A DNA stretch of 64,000 bases from Octopus vulgaris (GCA_951406725.2 OX597827.1:13640001-13704000), one strand, 5' to 3'; shown: positions 25,885 to 39,047, counted from the stretch's first letter. The notes: generated by a model from the letters alone, not told the origin. Made by a program: numbers and translations.

Positions 25885-27184
25885 ATGTGTGTGAGGAGTA
25901 TAGAATGTTCATTGTCTATTTGTATAGAGGGACAAAATTAAATACTAAAAACGTATTTAGTACAGCATTCTTCTATTTCTTCCTGCCCTACCAAAATTTT
26001 ATAATTTTCTCCAAATTAATTTTCTATTTTATCTTTTATTTTTTACTTGTTTCCAACATTTTGTATAGTGAAACTGTATACCCCACCGCCCAATAAAAAG
26101 TGGTAGTAGCCAGCCATTATAAATAGACCAGTAGCCAGTCAATAGTCAGGAATGTCAGAAGGTCGAGAGTACATGTAGATTGTGTTGATAGTCGTGTCTG
26201 TGCTGATATAGTAATTATACTGTGATACTCAGTGGACATTATATTGATCCAACCTTTTGAGGATAGTAACACTGTATGACTGGGTGGGGGTCATACAGTG
26301 CCAGGTAGAAACATTCTATCGACGATTTCGGAATATAACAATATCTGTCAGAGCGACAACCGTCATCAAAAGACAGATGCAACAGTGGCAAAGACTGCTT
26401 TACAACAAGTCAATAGACTGCAGCCATGCTGGGGCACCACCTTGAAAACATAATGACAGGTGAAATGTTACTGAGTGTCTTGCCCAAGTGTTAGTGATTC
26501 TGCCAGAGCCCTAAGATTCATAAGGCTGGTTACTCAATTTCCCATAGTGTATAGGGGACTGAGATTACAACATTTCCCTGAGTGAGGTGTCAATCTGGAA
26601 CAGGATTCGAGACCAGGAATTTAAGAATTTTAAGTGAAGGGTCAAGTCATTTACATCAACTCCGGTACTTGATTGCTATTTTATTTTATTATCTCTGAAG
26701 GAATGCAAGCTAAGCTACCCTCATCAGGATTTGAACTCAGAATGTAATGAGTTAGAAAGAATTTTGCTAAGCATTTCATCCCATGTGCTAACAATTCTGC
26801 TAACTCATCTGGGATTCTTTATATGGATATTTTATATGGATATATATATATATGTGTGTGTGTGTATATATATATACACACAGTACTTGCCTAAAAAATT
26901 ATTTTATCAACACCCATTTACATCTAGAATGCATTGTGGGAATACCAATGAGTCTCAGTATTTCACTGATAGTTTCTTTTAATTTTATGGCGTTCAGAAA
27001 TATGAAAGGCAAAATATCCTCTCAGCAGGATTTGAACTGAGAAAGGGAAAAGCTTTAACCAAGCACTACAAGGAAGGAGCTTCATCTGAAGTTCTAGCGA
27101 TTCAGCCATTCTCAAATCCATAATTCAATGATATCAATATTGAATATTTATGTGAAACAGATACAATAGCATAAACAACGATGT

Positions 27185-27726
27185 TGATGATAATGGTGGC
27201 AGCGGCGGCGGTGGTGGTGGCGGTGGCGGTTCTGCTAGTGGTGGTGGTGGTGGTGGTGGTGGTGGTGGTGGTGGTGGTGGTGGTGGTGGTGGTGGTGGTT
27301 CTGCTGGTGATGGTGGTGGTGGTGGTTGTGGTGGTGGTGGTGGTGGTGGTGGTGGTTGTGGTGGTAGCGGTGGTGGTGGTGGTGGTGGTGGTTGTGGTGG
27401 TAGTGGAGGTTGTGGCTGTAGTGGCGGTGGTGGTGGTGGTGGTGGTGGTTCTGCTGGTGGTGATTCTGCTGGTGGTGGTGGTAGTGGAGTTTGTGGTTGT
27501 AGTGGTGGTGGTGGTGGTGGTGGTGGAGGTGGTCGTTGTGGTCATGGTCATAGTAGTGGTCGTGATGGTGGTGGTCATGGTGGTGGTTTTGGTAGTGGTG
27601 GTGGTGGTGGTGGTGGTCATGGTCATAATAGTGGTGACCATGGTGGTGGTCGTGATGGTGGTCATGGTGGTGGCCATGGTTGTGGTGGTGGTGGTGGTGG
27701 TAATGGTGGTAGTGGTGGTTGTGGTG
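27185..27726. repeat. degenerate (GGT)n microsatellite
   Basis: direct inspection; source of the poly-V/poly-T ORFs. Confidence 0.95.
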
Positions 27727-27870
27727 TCATTGTACCGGGCATTATGATCCAGATGATATGAGAAGATGAGTATAAGTAGGTGGTTATTGATCATGATTAC
27801 CATGATAATTATAATTCTATTTTCAGCCCCTTAATTGTTATTAGTTGGGAGACAATTTAAGGGAAACAAT

Positions 27871-27917
<47 letters not shown>

Positions 27918-28190
27918 TAAAAAGGAAGGAAAGAGAAATCATGCAAAAGGCAAAAAAAGGGAGGGGGAGTTCAAGGTGGGGTAGGAGTGGAGAATGGAGA
28001 GTGTGGAAGTGAGGGAAAGGAGAAAGGAGAGGGAAAGAGTAAGACAATAGGTAAATAGGGGAGGAAAAGGGAGAGAATAGATTTGAAAAGAGAGTGAAAG
28101 AGTGTTGAGGAAAGAAATGGTGAGAATAGACTGAGAGCAAGAGGGACACACACACACACACACATATGCATGTGTGTGTGTATATTATAC

Positions 28191-28230
<40 letters not shown>

Positions 28231-29355
28231 TAAACATAAATATATATACATATACATATATGTACATATATATATATATATATATGCATATGCACACATA
28301 CATACACACACATGCACAGATACACACATTCACAGGCACACACACACACACACACACACACATGCACACATGCATATAGACAGATAGAGGAGGAGATGGG
28401 AAGGAAAAGAGAGAGAGAGAGACAGAGACAGGGAGAAAGAGAGAGTGAGAATTCTTGGAGAGAAGAAAGACTGGAAGACAATGGAGAAAGTTGTTTCAAA
28501 GAAAGAAAGAAAGAAAGAAAGAAAAAAAAAAAAGAAAGAAAACATTAGAAGAAAAAGAAGGTAAAGAATGTGCAAGAGAAAGAGTAGGAGTAGGAGAAGT
28601 AAATTGCATAAAAGTTGGAGGTTGGAAGAAATGGAAGACAGAAAATTTTTAGTTGAGAATTGACAGATAATTTATTGACAATTGTGGTGAGTTTGATTAT
28701 GAGCAAGAAGAGAGACAGCCAAGGAAATGGTCAAGAACATTGAAATCTACTTCCCCAGAGAGCTTAAGGCTATGTCTCATGCTGACCCTGTCCATGTTAT
28801 TAAGCCGTTTTAACAAATCTTCACATCGTGTCTGTTACATGTTTATGCACTGTGCAACGATGGCTAACACACATAATATATAAGTTAAGCATGAGTCACA
28901 TATAGAAAGAAGCATGTGGTGAAAAATATTGATTTATCTGTTTTGCACACTAGGCACAAGGAACTTAGATGTATGGAAGAGAAAATTGGGGGGAAATGGC
29001 TTGTTTTAATTTAAATATTGTGCGGTTTGTAAAGACTTTTGTAACATTTCCAGAAGTCGTTAGAGATCCGCTGCGGAAGCTTCACTTTGGATGCTCAACT
29101 TACTAGAAATAGCAAGCAATTTCCTCGAAATTACACTTTCTGAGTAACGTGATGCTCAAGTATGGTCGTGGTTGAGAAAGTTAAAACAAACACAAGCCCT
29201 ATGATTGAAAATCAGTCAGAAAAAGATAAAGAATAAAATATGCAAAAAGACAGAATGGACATGGCTGGAATATCTTTGATCATAGGTCTGCTCAACCATG
29301 CCTGATCTGGGGATTAAACAACAACAACAACAACAGCATAACTAAAATGAGATAT

Positions 29356-29646
29356 TCTGTTGTCTTATAATTTAACACACTCACCTGTAAAATTTCCACA
29401 TATTTCTTATTTTTATTTTCCTAAAATTTTTGTTGCATCTTGCAACCTTTCCAATAGTCTGAAAACGTTGCAAGAAGCAACGGAAATTTTAGGAAAAGAA
29501 AAATAAGAAATATGTGGAAATTTTACCGGTGAGTGTGTTACATTTATAAGGCACAAAAAGAAAATGATTCTCCCCAGACACAACAGAATATGCTTTAACA
29601 CACGAACTCACATGAAGAATCTTGCAAACCAAATCCAAAAACAAAA
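29356..29646. mobile_element. second copy of the 19051 hairpin family with 12-bp TSD
   Basis: TSD taaaatgagata at 29343-29354 and 29647-29658; same arms and tail, different hairpin centre. Confidence 0.8.
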
Positions 29647-29783
29647 TAAAATGAGATAACTTTGCCAAGAAATCAAAACTGAGTTATAGAATGCATTTGC
29701 GATTTCCAAAGTTAAATTGAATTTAGAATACAGAGAATGACACAAGTATAAACTGCCATGCACTTAATATGATGCCCAACAAC

Positions 29784-30104
29784 CACTTTGCATTTCATCC
29801 TTTCGGGGTCGATAAATTAAGTACCAGTTATGCACTGGGGTCGATGTAATCGACTTAATCCGTTTGTCTGTCCTTGTTTGTCCTCTCTGTGTTTAGCCCC
29901 TTGTGGTAGTAAAGAAATAGGTATTTCATCTGCCGCTATGTTCTGAGTTCAAATTCCACCAAGGTCAACTTTGCCTTTCATCCTTTCAGGGTCGATAAAT
30001 TAAGTACCAGTTACGCACTGGGGTCGATATAATCGACTTAATCCTTTTGTCTGTCCTTGTTTGTTCCCTCTTTGTGTAGCCCCTTGTGGACTGTAAGGAA
30101 ATAA
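29784..30104 (+). mobile_element. SINE family B headless tandem units
   Basis: Meta-like domain repeated twice. Confidence 0.85.
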
Positions 30105-30479
30105 GAGTGCCGAAAGGTTAAATGCAGTATTAGCATTGGTTTAACACTTTCGACCCTATGTCTGCTCAGTTAGAATTGATGTTTAGTATTTGAGTTCAAC
30201 AACAACAATAACAAGTGGGTCTTGGCTCTATTCACTCAAAAGTTTATTCTTTGGCCATCTGCACCAAGGTAAATTTTACCTTTCTTCCTCTGGGAGTTTT
30301 TATATATGAAGTACCAACTCCTTGCTATCACAGATTCCTTTTCCTCTACCAGTAAAATCCTGGATGTTCTACTGGGTTGAAAGTGTGAGGGCCAAAAAAA
30401 GTGTTCGTGTTAGTTCAAGAATATACAAATAATTAGTATAAACAATTAATGGAAACATGGTACTTACTAACAAGTAAAA

Positions 30480-30731
30480 AGTAAAGTTACATTCTTGAGT
30501 CACGCTGACTCACAAGGGCCAGTTTCCTGGTTTCATGGTGTATATAGTCCACATCTGGATGGAAGGTCAGTCCATTGCAGGATTGCTTTGTTTTACCAGC
30601 CGAGTGGACTGGAGCAACATGAAATGAAGTGTTTTGCTCAAGAACACAATGCATCGCCCGGTCCAGGAATTGAAACTACAATCTTATGATCATGGGTGCA
30701 ACACCACTAACCACTAAGCCATGCACCTCCA
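30480..30731 (-). mobile_element. tRNA-derived SINE (family D-related head, different tail)
   Basis: minus-strand head ggaggtgcatggcttagtggttag...gtttcaattcctggaccgggcg; related heads at 16601 and ~37560. Confidence 0.75.
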
Positions 30732-30800
30732 CTACCTACAAACAAGTGATTCCTGTTTGCAAGTGACAGACGTAATAGTTTTGTGTGGGTGAGGGTATGG

Positions 30801-30966
30801 CAGATGGCTGTCTTAGTAACATTATAGGCCCTTGGACAAATCAGTGTACTAGGCCCCAATAGTACTTACTTATAAACAGCAAGCCACATAGATCAAAAAT
30901 GGGCCCCTAGACCCCATGAAGCCTCTGGGCAACTGCCCAGTGTGACCGTGTCTTAAGGCAGCACAG
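30801..30966. mobile_element. old hAT-like MITE
   Basis: degenerate termini cagatggctgtcttag / cttaaggcagcacag; internal ggccc/gggcc motifs. Confidence 0.4.
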
Positions 30967-31061
30967 TGTGTGTGTATGTGTATGTGTGTGTGTGTGTGTG
31001 CGTGTGTGTATGTGGGAATGTGAGTGTGTGTGTGTATGTATGAGTGTGTGAGATAAATATT

Positions 31062-31720
31062 ACCTTCAGATTTTGGCACAAGGCCAACAAATATAAGGGA
31101 GAAGTTAAGTCAATTACCTTGACCCCAGTATTCAACTGGTACTTACTTTATTGACCCAGAAAGGATGAAAAGCATGTTTGACTCAGCAGAATTTGAACTC
31201 AGAACATGAAGACGAAAGCCACTGGGCATTTTGCCCAGCGTGCTAACGTTTCTGCCTGGTCACCGCCTTTGTGTGATAAAATATTCTTTTCTACTCTAGG
31301 TACAAGGCCTGAAATTTTTGGGGAGGGGGCCAGTCGATTAGATTGACCCCAGTATGCAACTGGTACTTAATTTATCAACCTCGAAAGGATGAAAAGCAAA
31401 GTTCACCTCAGTGGAATTTGAACTCAGAACATAAAAGACAGATGAAATACCACTAAGCATTTCACCCAGCGTGCTAACATTTCTTATTTCTTTATTACCC
31501 ACAAGGGGCTAAACATAGAGGAGAGAAACAAGGACAGACAAAGGGCTCAAGTCGATTACATCGACCCCAGTGCATAACTGGTGCTTGATTAATCGGCCCT
31601 GAAAGGATGAAAGGCAAAGTTGACCTCGGCGGAATTTGAACTCAGAATGTAACGGCAGATGAAATACCGCTAAGCAGTTCACCCAGCGTGCTAAGCAGTT
31701 CACCCTGCCAGCTAACCACC
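31062..31720 (-). mobile_element. SINE family B cluster (three units)
   Basis: repeated gaaaggatgaaa(g/a)gcaaagt..gaatttgaactcagaa. Confidence 0.85.
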
Positions 31721-32019
31721 TTTGTGTGGTGAAATATTGAGAAAGCATGATCAGATTTTCACTCATATAATGACCACTCAAAAAGACAGAGGAAATCCTC
31801 ACAAAAACTTAAAATTTCCAGCTATTAGCATGAGGTATTTCCTGGAAAAAACATGTAACTTATTTGGTTGAGTTTAACATTTAAAACTGAAAGAGAACCT
31901 TGTTAAACAACTGAAATGTAGGTATATTTTACAAATAGTTGGAGAATTGCATGCAGGCTAAAACACATTTTCTTTTAATTTTGTCTCTCAGTATTGTCAC
32001 TTCCTTTCTCCCTCAATCA

Positions 32020-32090
<71 letters not shown>

Positions 32091-32350
32091 CTTCTCTCCT
32101 TCCCCTCTCAACATATGTGTAATTAATTATATTGACACATGCCTGCACACTTACATAAACACTCACATGCCTGCATGGATGGATACTCACATATATACTT
32201 TATATATATATATGTGTGTGTGTGTATGTATATATATATACATACATATATATATATCATATATCACGTGTTATAAATTATATATAATAATATGTTACAT
32301 ATATCATACACAATAGACATATATATATATATACCCATACATAATTACAC

Positions 32351-32387
<37 letters not shown>

Positions 32388-33064
32388 CACACTCACACAA
32401 GCACAGACTCACACACATACACACATTGAAACACGGTCACACACACACACACACATTAAATTAATAACACAGTAATAAAAGCATCCAATTAATAGAAATT
32501 CTAATATAGTTTACCTACAATAATTGCTTAATATTCCTCTCCAGAATTCAGATTGCTAATTAATTTCAAAAACAAAAAAAAAATAAACAAAGTCATAAAT
32601 AAAATATATATATATATTATATATATATATATATAAGTAAATAAATAAACAAATGATGAGTATTTTCAGTAGGTTTTCATAATTGTCCATCAAATTTTTC
32701 CTCTTTCATTGCCAACGTGAAACAATAATTGTCGGTAACATTTGCTAGTAAATAAAATTCCAGCTTTGCCTAGAAATCTGAACGAATTGCATCGAAAATA
32801 ATGAAATGCTAAACTGTACATTCTAATTGCGTATTAATAGTTCCACAATTTCCTGTAATTAATGGTACGAGTAAAGGACATTTGGACAGAAATATCTGGC
32901 TAAGCCGAGCGCTACGCTTTCCTCTGTCGTCTCTTCTAATCTTTACTTTTCTTCCAGCTCTCATTCTGCTCTTTACTGTATATATTAAATATGTTAAAGT
33001 GTACGTGGTGTATACATGGTGTGTGTGTGTATATATATGTGTATGTGTGTGCACATTTTTTAGT

Positions 33065-33830
33065 GTTTCTGTTACAATATATATTAATGTGTATATACAT
33101 TAATGTGTATATATATTATATACACTTGTTGTACTTACACACACATACACGCACACACACACATACATATACATACATAAATATATATATATATATATAC
33201 ATGTATATTACATATAGACACATATATGTGTGAATGTATGTGTGTATGTACTTATATGTGTGTGTTTAAACATTCACAAGCGTGTTTATGTTTGAAAATT
33301 TCTGCTACAATATATATTAATGTGTATATATTATACACACTTGTTGTACTTACACACACATACATACACACACATAAATATATATATGTACACGTATATT
33401 ACATATAGACACATATATATGTGAATGTATGTGTGTATGTACTTATATGTGTGTGTTTAAACATTCACAAGCGTGTTTATGTTTGAAAATTTTTGCTACA
33501 ATATATATTAATGTGTATATATTATACACACTTGTACTTACACACAGATACATACACACACATAAATATATATATTTACATGTATATTAAATAAAGACAC
33601 ATATATATGTGTGAATGTATGTGTGTATGTACTTATAAGCATGTGTTTAAACATTCACATGTGTGTTTATTTTTGAAAGTTTCTACTACAATATATATTA
33701 ATGTGTATGTATTATACACACTTGTACTTACACACACACACATACATACACACACATAAATATATATGTACACATATATCACATAGAGACACATATATAT
33801 GTGAGAGTATGTGATATGCACTTATCTATA
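33065..33830. repeat. minisatellite, about 4 copies of a ~190-bp unit built from TA/CA microsatellite
   Basis: tacaatatatattaatgtgta...cttgt(tgt)acttacacac...gtttaaacattcaca recurring near 33073, 33307, 33497, 33687. Confidence 0.85.
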
Positions 33831-33904
33831 TATGTATGTACATGTTTGATTTTATTTGAAGCTGTGTATAAAAACTATTTAACAGTACACTGAAGGATTA
33901 TTCA

Positions 33905-34100
33905 AAGCTTTTAGGTAAAATACATATTTATAAATATGTACAAGAGCAAGGTTGACAGTGATTTCGAAGTTTTGGCTTGCTTCATTAGACTGTCTGATGA
34001 AGGCAAGAAAGCCAAAACTCTGAAGACAATGCAAAACTTCTCCTTGTAAAAATTCATTATATATATATACAAAGCAAATTATTTTATTTGCTAAAACAAA
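33905..34100. mobile_element. old, decayed hairpin centred on a hammerhead-like motif
   Basis: gttttggcttgcttcattagac / gtctgatgaaggcaagaaagccaaaac around 33990; CTGATGA-a-ggc(aagaaa)gcc-AAAA. Confidence 0.45.
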
Positions 34101-34644
34101 GTCAGAAACCATGGTCTGGGAGTTAGATGGCAAATGTTTTTATTTTTCATTCTCTTCAAAGTTTTATCACTAATAGTAGTTTGGATTTTGGCTGTTCCTT
34201 CTAGCATGCCAGGAATCCTATGACCGATATCTCTTATGTATTTAAATGTACACTCTATTTATATGAATAATATATAGTCTATTGACTAATTTTTCTACAC
34301 ACTAGGCCAATGCTAGTAAAAATTTCTAAAATTTTTATTACCCTGATATTATTGATTATATATATATATATATCTTTTATTTCTTGTACTTGTTTCACTC
34401 ATTTGACTGGCTATGGTGGAGCACTGCCTTAAAGGGGTTTTAGTTAAAGAAACTGACCCCAAGACTTATTCTTTATTAGTCTAGTATTCATTCTATCAGT
34501 CTCTTTAGAGGAACAGCTAAGTTATGGGGGTGTAAATACACCAACATCAGTTATCAAGTGATGATGGGGACAAACACAGACACAAAGACACACACACATA
34601 TATACGCACACACACACACACACACACACACAGATATATATATG

Positions 34645-35152
34645 TTGGGTTGGCAACTAAGTTCCCGCCATTTTTTTTAATTTTGGAATCTAGTTTTTTT
34701 CAAGAATTCTATTTTTGAATCATTTTGGATTCTACTTCGTTTTTTTTTTTTTCTAGTGAAATTTAGTTAATTTTTGTTTATTTCCAGATCATTAAAATGG
34801 AATGTCAAGTTAAGAAAAACGAGCATTTTCGACACCCCCTTCTTTTTGCTTTTAATCAAGGTTCTAAGGCCATAAAAGCTGCTCATGACATAGCTGAAAG
34901 AACCGCTCGGCGTTGGTATACCAAGTTCAAAAATGGAAATTTAGACCTCAAAGATACACCTTGTTCTGGTCACCCAGTTGAGTTCAATGAAGCACGATTA
35001 AACCAACTTTTGCACAAAAATTCTCATCAAACGACAATGGAACTAGCAGAGAAAATGGAATGCTCCCACACTGCTATAGAGAAGCATCTTCACTCGATGG
35101 TAAAGGTTCTGAAGTATGGGGCATGGGTTCCACATGCTTTAAGTGACAACAA
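34645..35152 (+). mobile_element. mariner transposon 5' half (TIR plus transposase N-terminus to WVPH.L)
   Basis: TIR ttgggttggcaactaagttcccgcc; ORF 34797 MECQVKKNEHFRH...RRWYTKFKNGNLDLKDTPCSGHP...GAWVPHALS. Confidence 0.92.
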
Positions 35153-35356
35153 TCTCTGCTGATTTTTAGATGTTATTATTATTATCATTATTCCTTAAAT
35201 CCTTAAAAATGTTTTAGCCCGAAGGCCGCGGCTATGCTGGAGCACCACTGCTTGTAATTGAGCTCAGAATCTTGGGGTTAGTAGCCTGCACTCTTAACCA
35301 TAGTAGCACAGGCTACTAACCCCAAGATTCCAAGTTCAATTCCAAGCAGTGACCTG

Positions 35357-35383
35357 AACAACAACAACAACAACAACAGCAGC

Positions 35384-35422
<39 letters not shown>

Positions 35423-35427
35423 TATAA

Positions 35428-35458
<31 letters not shown>

Positions 35459-35598
35459 AAGAAGAAGAAGAAGAAGAAGAAGAAGAAGAAGAAGAAGAAG
35501 AAGAAGAAGAAGAAGAAGAAGAAGAAGAAGAAGAAGAAGAAGAAGAAGAAGAAGAAGAAGAAGAAACAGAAGAAGAAGAAGAAGAAGAAGAAGAAGAA
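35357..35598. repeat. compound (AAC)n(AAT)n(GAA)n microsatellite, with >50 GAA units
   Basis: direct inspection. Confidence 0.95.
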
Positions 35599-35628
35599 AT
35601 AAGAGCCAAGGTTCGAAATTTCCCCAAG

Positions 35629-35672
35629 ACACCTGATGAAGGCTGGAGGATATATCAGCCAAAGCACTGTTA
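35629..35672 (+). ncRNA. degenerate hammerhead motif in Penelope-like tail (35600-35757)
   Basis: acac-CTGATGA-a-ggctg(gaggatatat)cagcc-AAAG-cactgt; GAAA box mutated. Confidence 0.55.
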
Positions 35673-35914
35673 ACAACAACCAAAGTGAGGACTAATATCC
35701 ATCAAATGTAAATAATGTAAATATTGTACATAATTCATCTCTTAAATATAGAACTGCATTTAAACCCATGTTGGGATGAAAATGTGTCTATGTGTTCTCA
35801 GGATATGGTGGTGAATGAGCCAAAGGTAAAGAACTGGTGATAATCATGCTGAGGCCCATAGGTATGGTAAAACATACCTTTTTTCATGCGGACAAGGGTT
35901 AAAAATCTTACTTC

Positions 35915-36373
35915 GGATCTTTTCAGTTTGAACGGCAGTTTTTTCTAGTGGTGTCATATGAAATTGTCACCCATAATTATGACCCTAGTATCGATCTATT
36001 GCATTTCAATCTGTTTTAGGATTAGGGTTAGTTAGAGTTACTTAGGGTTGGTTAGGGTTAGGGGTGGGAGGTAAAGGTATCTTTTTTTTCTTCTCAAATG
36101 TAAATAAACCCAATCTGTTTCTTAAACGAGGGACATATTCATACGGCACAGAATGATTTTTACCTCAATGGACGTCATTGATTGGTTGAAATTGCAGAAA
36201 TTGAAGAAATTGAAGAAAAAAGAACAACAAATATCTTACTAACTATAGAATTTTCTCAATATAGCCAAGAGAAAAAGATGTTTTATAAACACATTCTACC
36301 AGTATACGAAGTTTAAAAGTGTTTAGTTACCTGGAAATTATGTTAAAAACTGTCGTTCAAACCGAAAAGATCC
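35915..36373. mobile_element. intact MITE with 29-bp TIRs and 9-bp TSD (Merlin or Mutator type) carrying TTAGGG-like repeats
   Basis: TIRs ggatcttttcagtttgaacggcagttttt / aaaaactgtcgttcaaaccgaaaagatcc; TSD tcttacttc at 35906-35914 and 36374-36382. Confidence 0.9.
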
Positions 36374-36414
36374 TCTTACTTCTGCAGTTTAGATAGATAT
36401 CTGAACGTCAATAG

Positions 36415-36800
36415 TATTTTAATGTTCATTTATTCAGCTAATCATAACCAGGACTTTCTGCTGCTATTAAAATATGTCTTGTACTTCTCTAAGATTTTCT
36501 ACATTATATTGTACTGCATGGTGTTTTCCTTTCAAAACCAGGGCTGTGGCATTTCATCTCTAAGGGAAGACCTCCGATTATTGAATTTGGTCATAAAGAG
36601 ACCATCTCTCATTCACACATACTTCTGTATGTCAGCTTGCTTAGTTGGACCTTCTGATATTATCTCTACATCAAATATGACTGTTTCCATGTTGCAGTGG
36701 TCGCAGAATTTTTTTCCATACCTGACAGCTCTGGGAAGCATTTGGTATTATATAGCTGTGCTGTTATCTAATATCTCGTTTAATATCTAGAGTGAAACTG
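36415..36800 (-). mobile_element. degraded Penelope-like GIY-YIG endonuclease fragment
   Basis: minus-strand translation CNMETVIFDVEI...KYV*MRDGLFMTKFNNRRSSLR...ENTMQYNIM*KILEKYKTY..SRKSWL*LAE resembles the VIY...YIG...FK.R.NNH.SS...WKIL...Y...C.LCL.EK pattern of PLEs. Confidence 0.65.
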
Positions 36801-36948
36801 ATTCATAAGATCTGTTGTAACGGATATATAATACTGTACACTTTCATTAACATACTCCTCTATTGATATATATATATATATATATGAGAGCATGTCTTTT
36901 TCTGACTTACGGATTCTTAGATGACTATATATATATATATATATATAT

Positions 36949-37187
36949 ACCGGAGTAAACACATAAATGTGAAACAAGGTGGAAAAAAGAGAGTACTCAA
37001 ATACCAGTGGTAGAGTAATATGCTTTATTTAAAAGCAGCAGAAAATTCAACAAAACCTGTTACTCTGAGTTTCACATTCCCGTTCGTCGGACAGTTTTTG
37101 CTAGATTCTAGCAAAAACTGTCCGACGAACGGAATGTGAAACTCAGAGTAACAGGTTTTGTTGAATTTTCTGCTGCTTTTAAATAAA

Positions 37188-37188
<1 letters not shown>
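36949..37188. mobile_element. palindromic hairpin element (arms 37023-37104 / 37107-37188) with a hammerhead motif in each arm, inserted in (TA)n
   Basis: ctgt-CCGACGA-acgg..gt-GAAA-ctcagag-TA-acag at 37118-37154(+) and 37057-37094(-); second copy at 51517-51731. Confidence 0.85.
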
Positions 37189-37276
<88 letters not shown>

Positions 37277-37899
37277 ATGGACTCTCCCATTGTTAGACGA
37301 TGTACGAGTGTTCAACAATTGCTTACTGAACAACCACACAGATGATTTGTTTATTGTGATCAAGTGTTTGTGTAGACATAAGCTCCCTCCCTCCATCAGA
37401 TTGACATTACCTGTACAGGTGCAACTGGGTGCCACATGTCAGATGTTGAAATGATCGCAGAGCAACATGAAATGAAGTGCATTGCTCAAGAACATAACGC
37501 AATGCTCTGTCTGGGAATCTAACCATGATCTCGCAATAGTGAGTGCAACACCTTAACCACTAAGCCAATTCCAAGGAAGAGAAAGAGAGAGAGAGAGAGA
37601 GAAAGAGAGCATGAGAAAAGGTGAGAAAGAGATGGAGAGAAGGAGAAAAAAAGAGAAAGAGTGAAGAATCAGTCTTGACAAACGCATAACTCAATGACCA
37701 AGGAGAGATGAAAAGCAAGGCTAAGGTCAGTGTGATTTGAAATCAAAGCCCAGAGTATCAGAATACTGCATGGCATTCACAGAAATGCTCTAACAAATTG
37801 ACCAGTTAAATGCCTGTTAATATTGAATATTAATATAGGAAATATAATAATAAGAAAATAATATAATAAGAAGAAAATAATGAAATTATTGTATACAGT

Positions 37900-38046
37900 G
37901 CTCAGGTGCACCACAACATGTATATACATGTGTGTATAATATATCGATTTATATTTGTATATACAGATATAATATATATCTATGTATACATGTGTATATA
38001 TGAATGCATACATATGTGTGGGTGTGTGTGTGTGCACATGTGTATG

Positions 38047-38088
<42 letters not shown>

Positions 38089-38156
38089 CATACAATAGGA
38101 AATATAATATGATATATTGATATATATATATATATATACATTAATGTGTGTGTGTA

Positions 38157-38218
<62 letters not shown>

Positions 38219-38230
38219 TTAATGTGTATG

Positions 38231-38264
<34 letters not shown>

Positions 38265-38855
38265 TTAATGTGTATGTATATAGTTGATCCCATTTGTATA
38301 TTTCTATATTGTGTGTATATGGGTATGTGTTTGAGCATACAACGATGTATATCACAGATGCATGTACACACACAAACACACACACCCACACACCCACACA
38401 CACACACACACACACATGCATATGTATGTCTTACATATAATATGAGTTTTTCTGAGCATATAAACATACATACACGCATAGATGAACACACATTTACATC
38501 CATACACATATTAATAAACATAAACACACGTAAATACACACATGTATACATACATGTATGAAGGATTATGTGCAAATATATTTGTATATCACTGCATATA
38601 TTAGTGTAGGGTATATATAAAGATGTATTTATGTAAATGAGCATGTTATCTTACTTCGGTGATAACCACTCACCCCTCATTCCTCTTTCTTCTATGACAA
38701 CAATAAATACACTTGCATGCATTCAGCTTGTCATGTCTTTGTGTCTGAATGTGTGTGTGTGTGTGTATGCAAGTAAATGCATATGTACTTAAGTTATGTA
38801 TATATAAATATATATATATATATACATATATACATATATCTATACACACACACAA

Positions 38856-38888
<33 letters not shown>

Positions 38889-38961
38889 AATACACATATA
38901 TGAATGTTCACCTGTATACATGTGTGTGTATGTATGCATGTAAATATGTATGTATTTATGG

Positions 38962-38996
<35 letters not shown>

Positions 38997-39003
38997 GAGA
39001 GAG

Positions 39004-39040
<37 letters not shown>

Positions 39041-39047
39041 CATAAAA

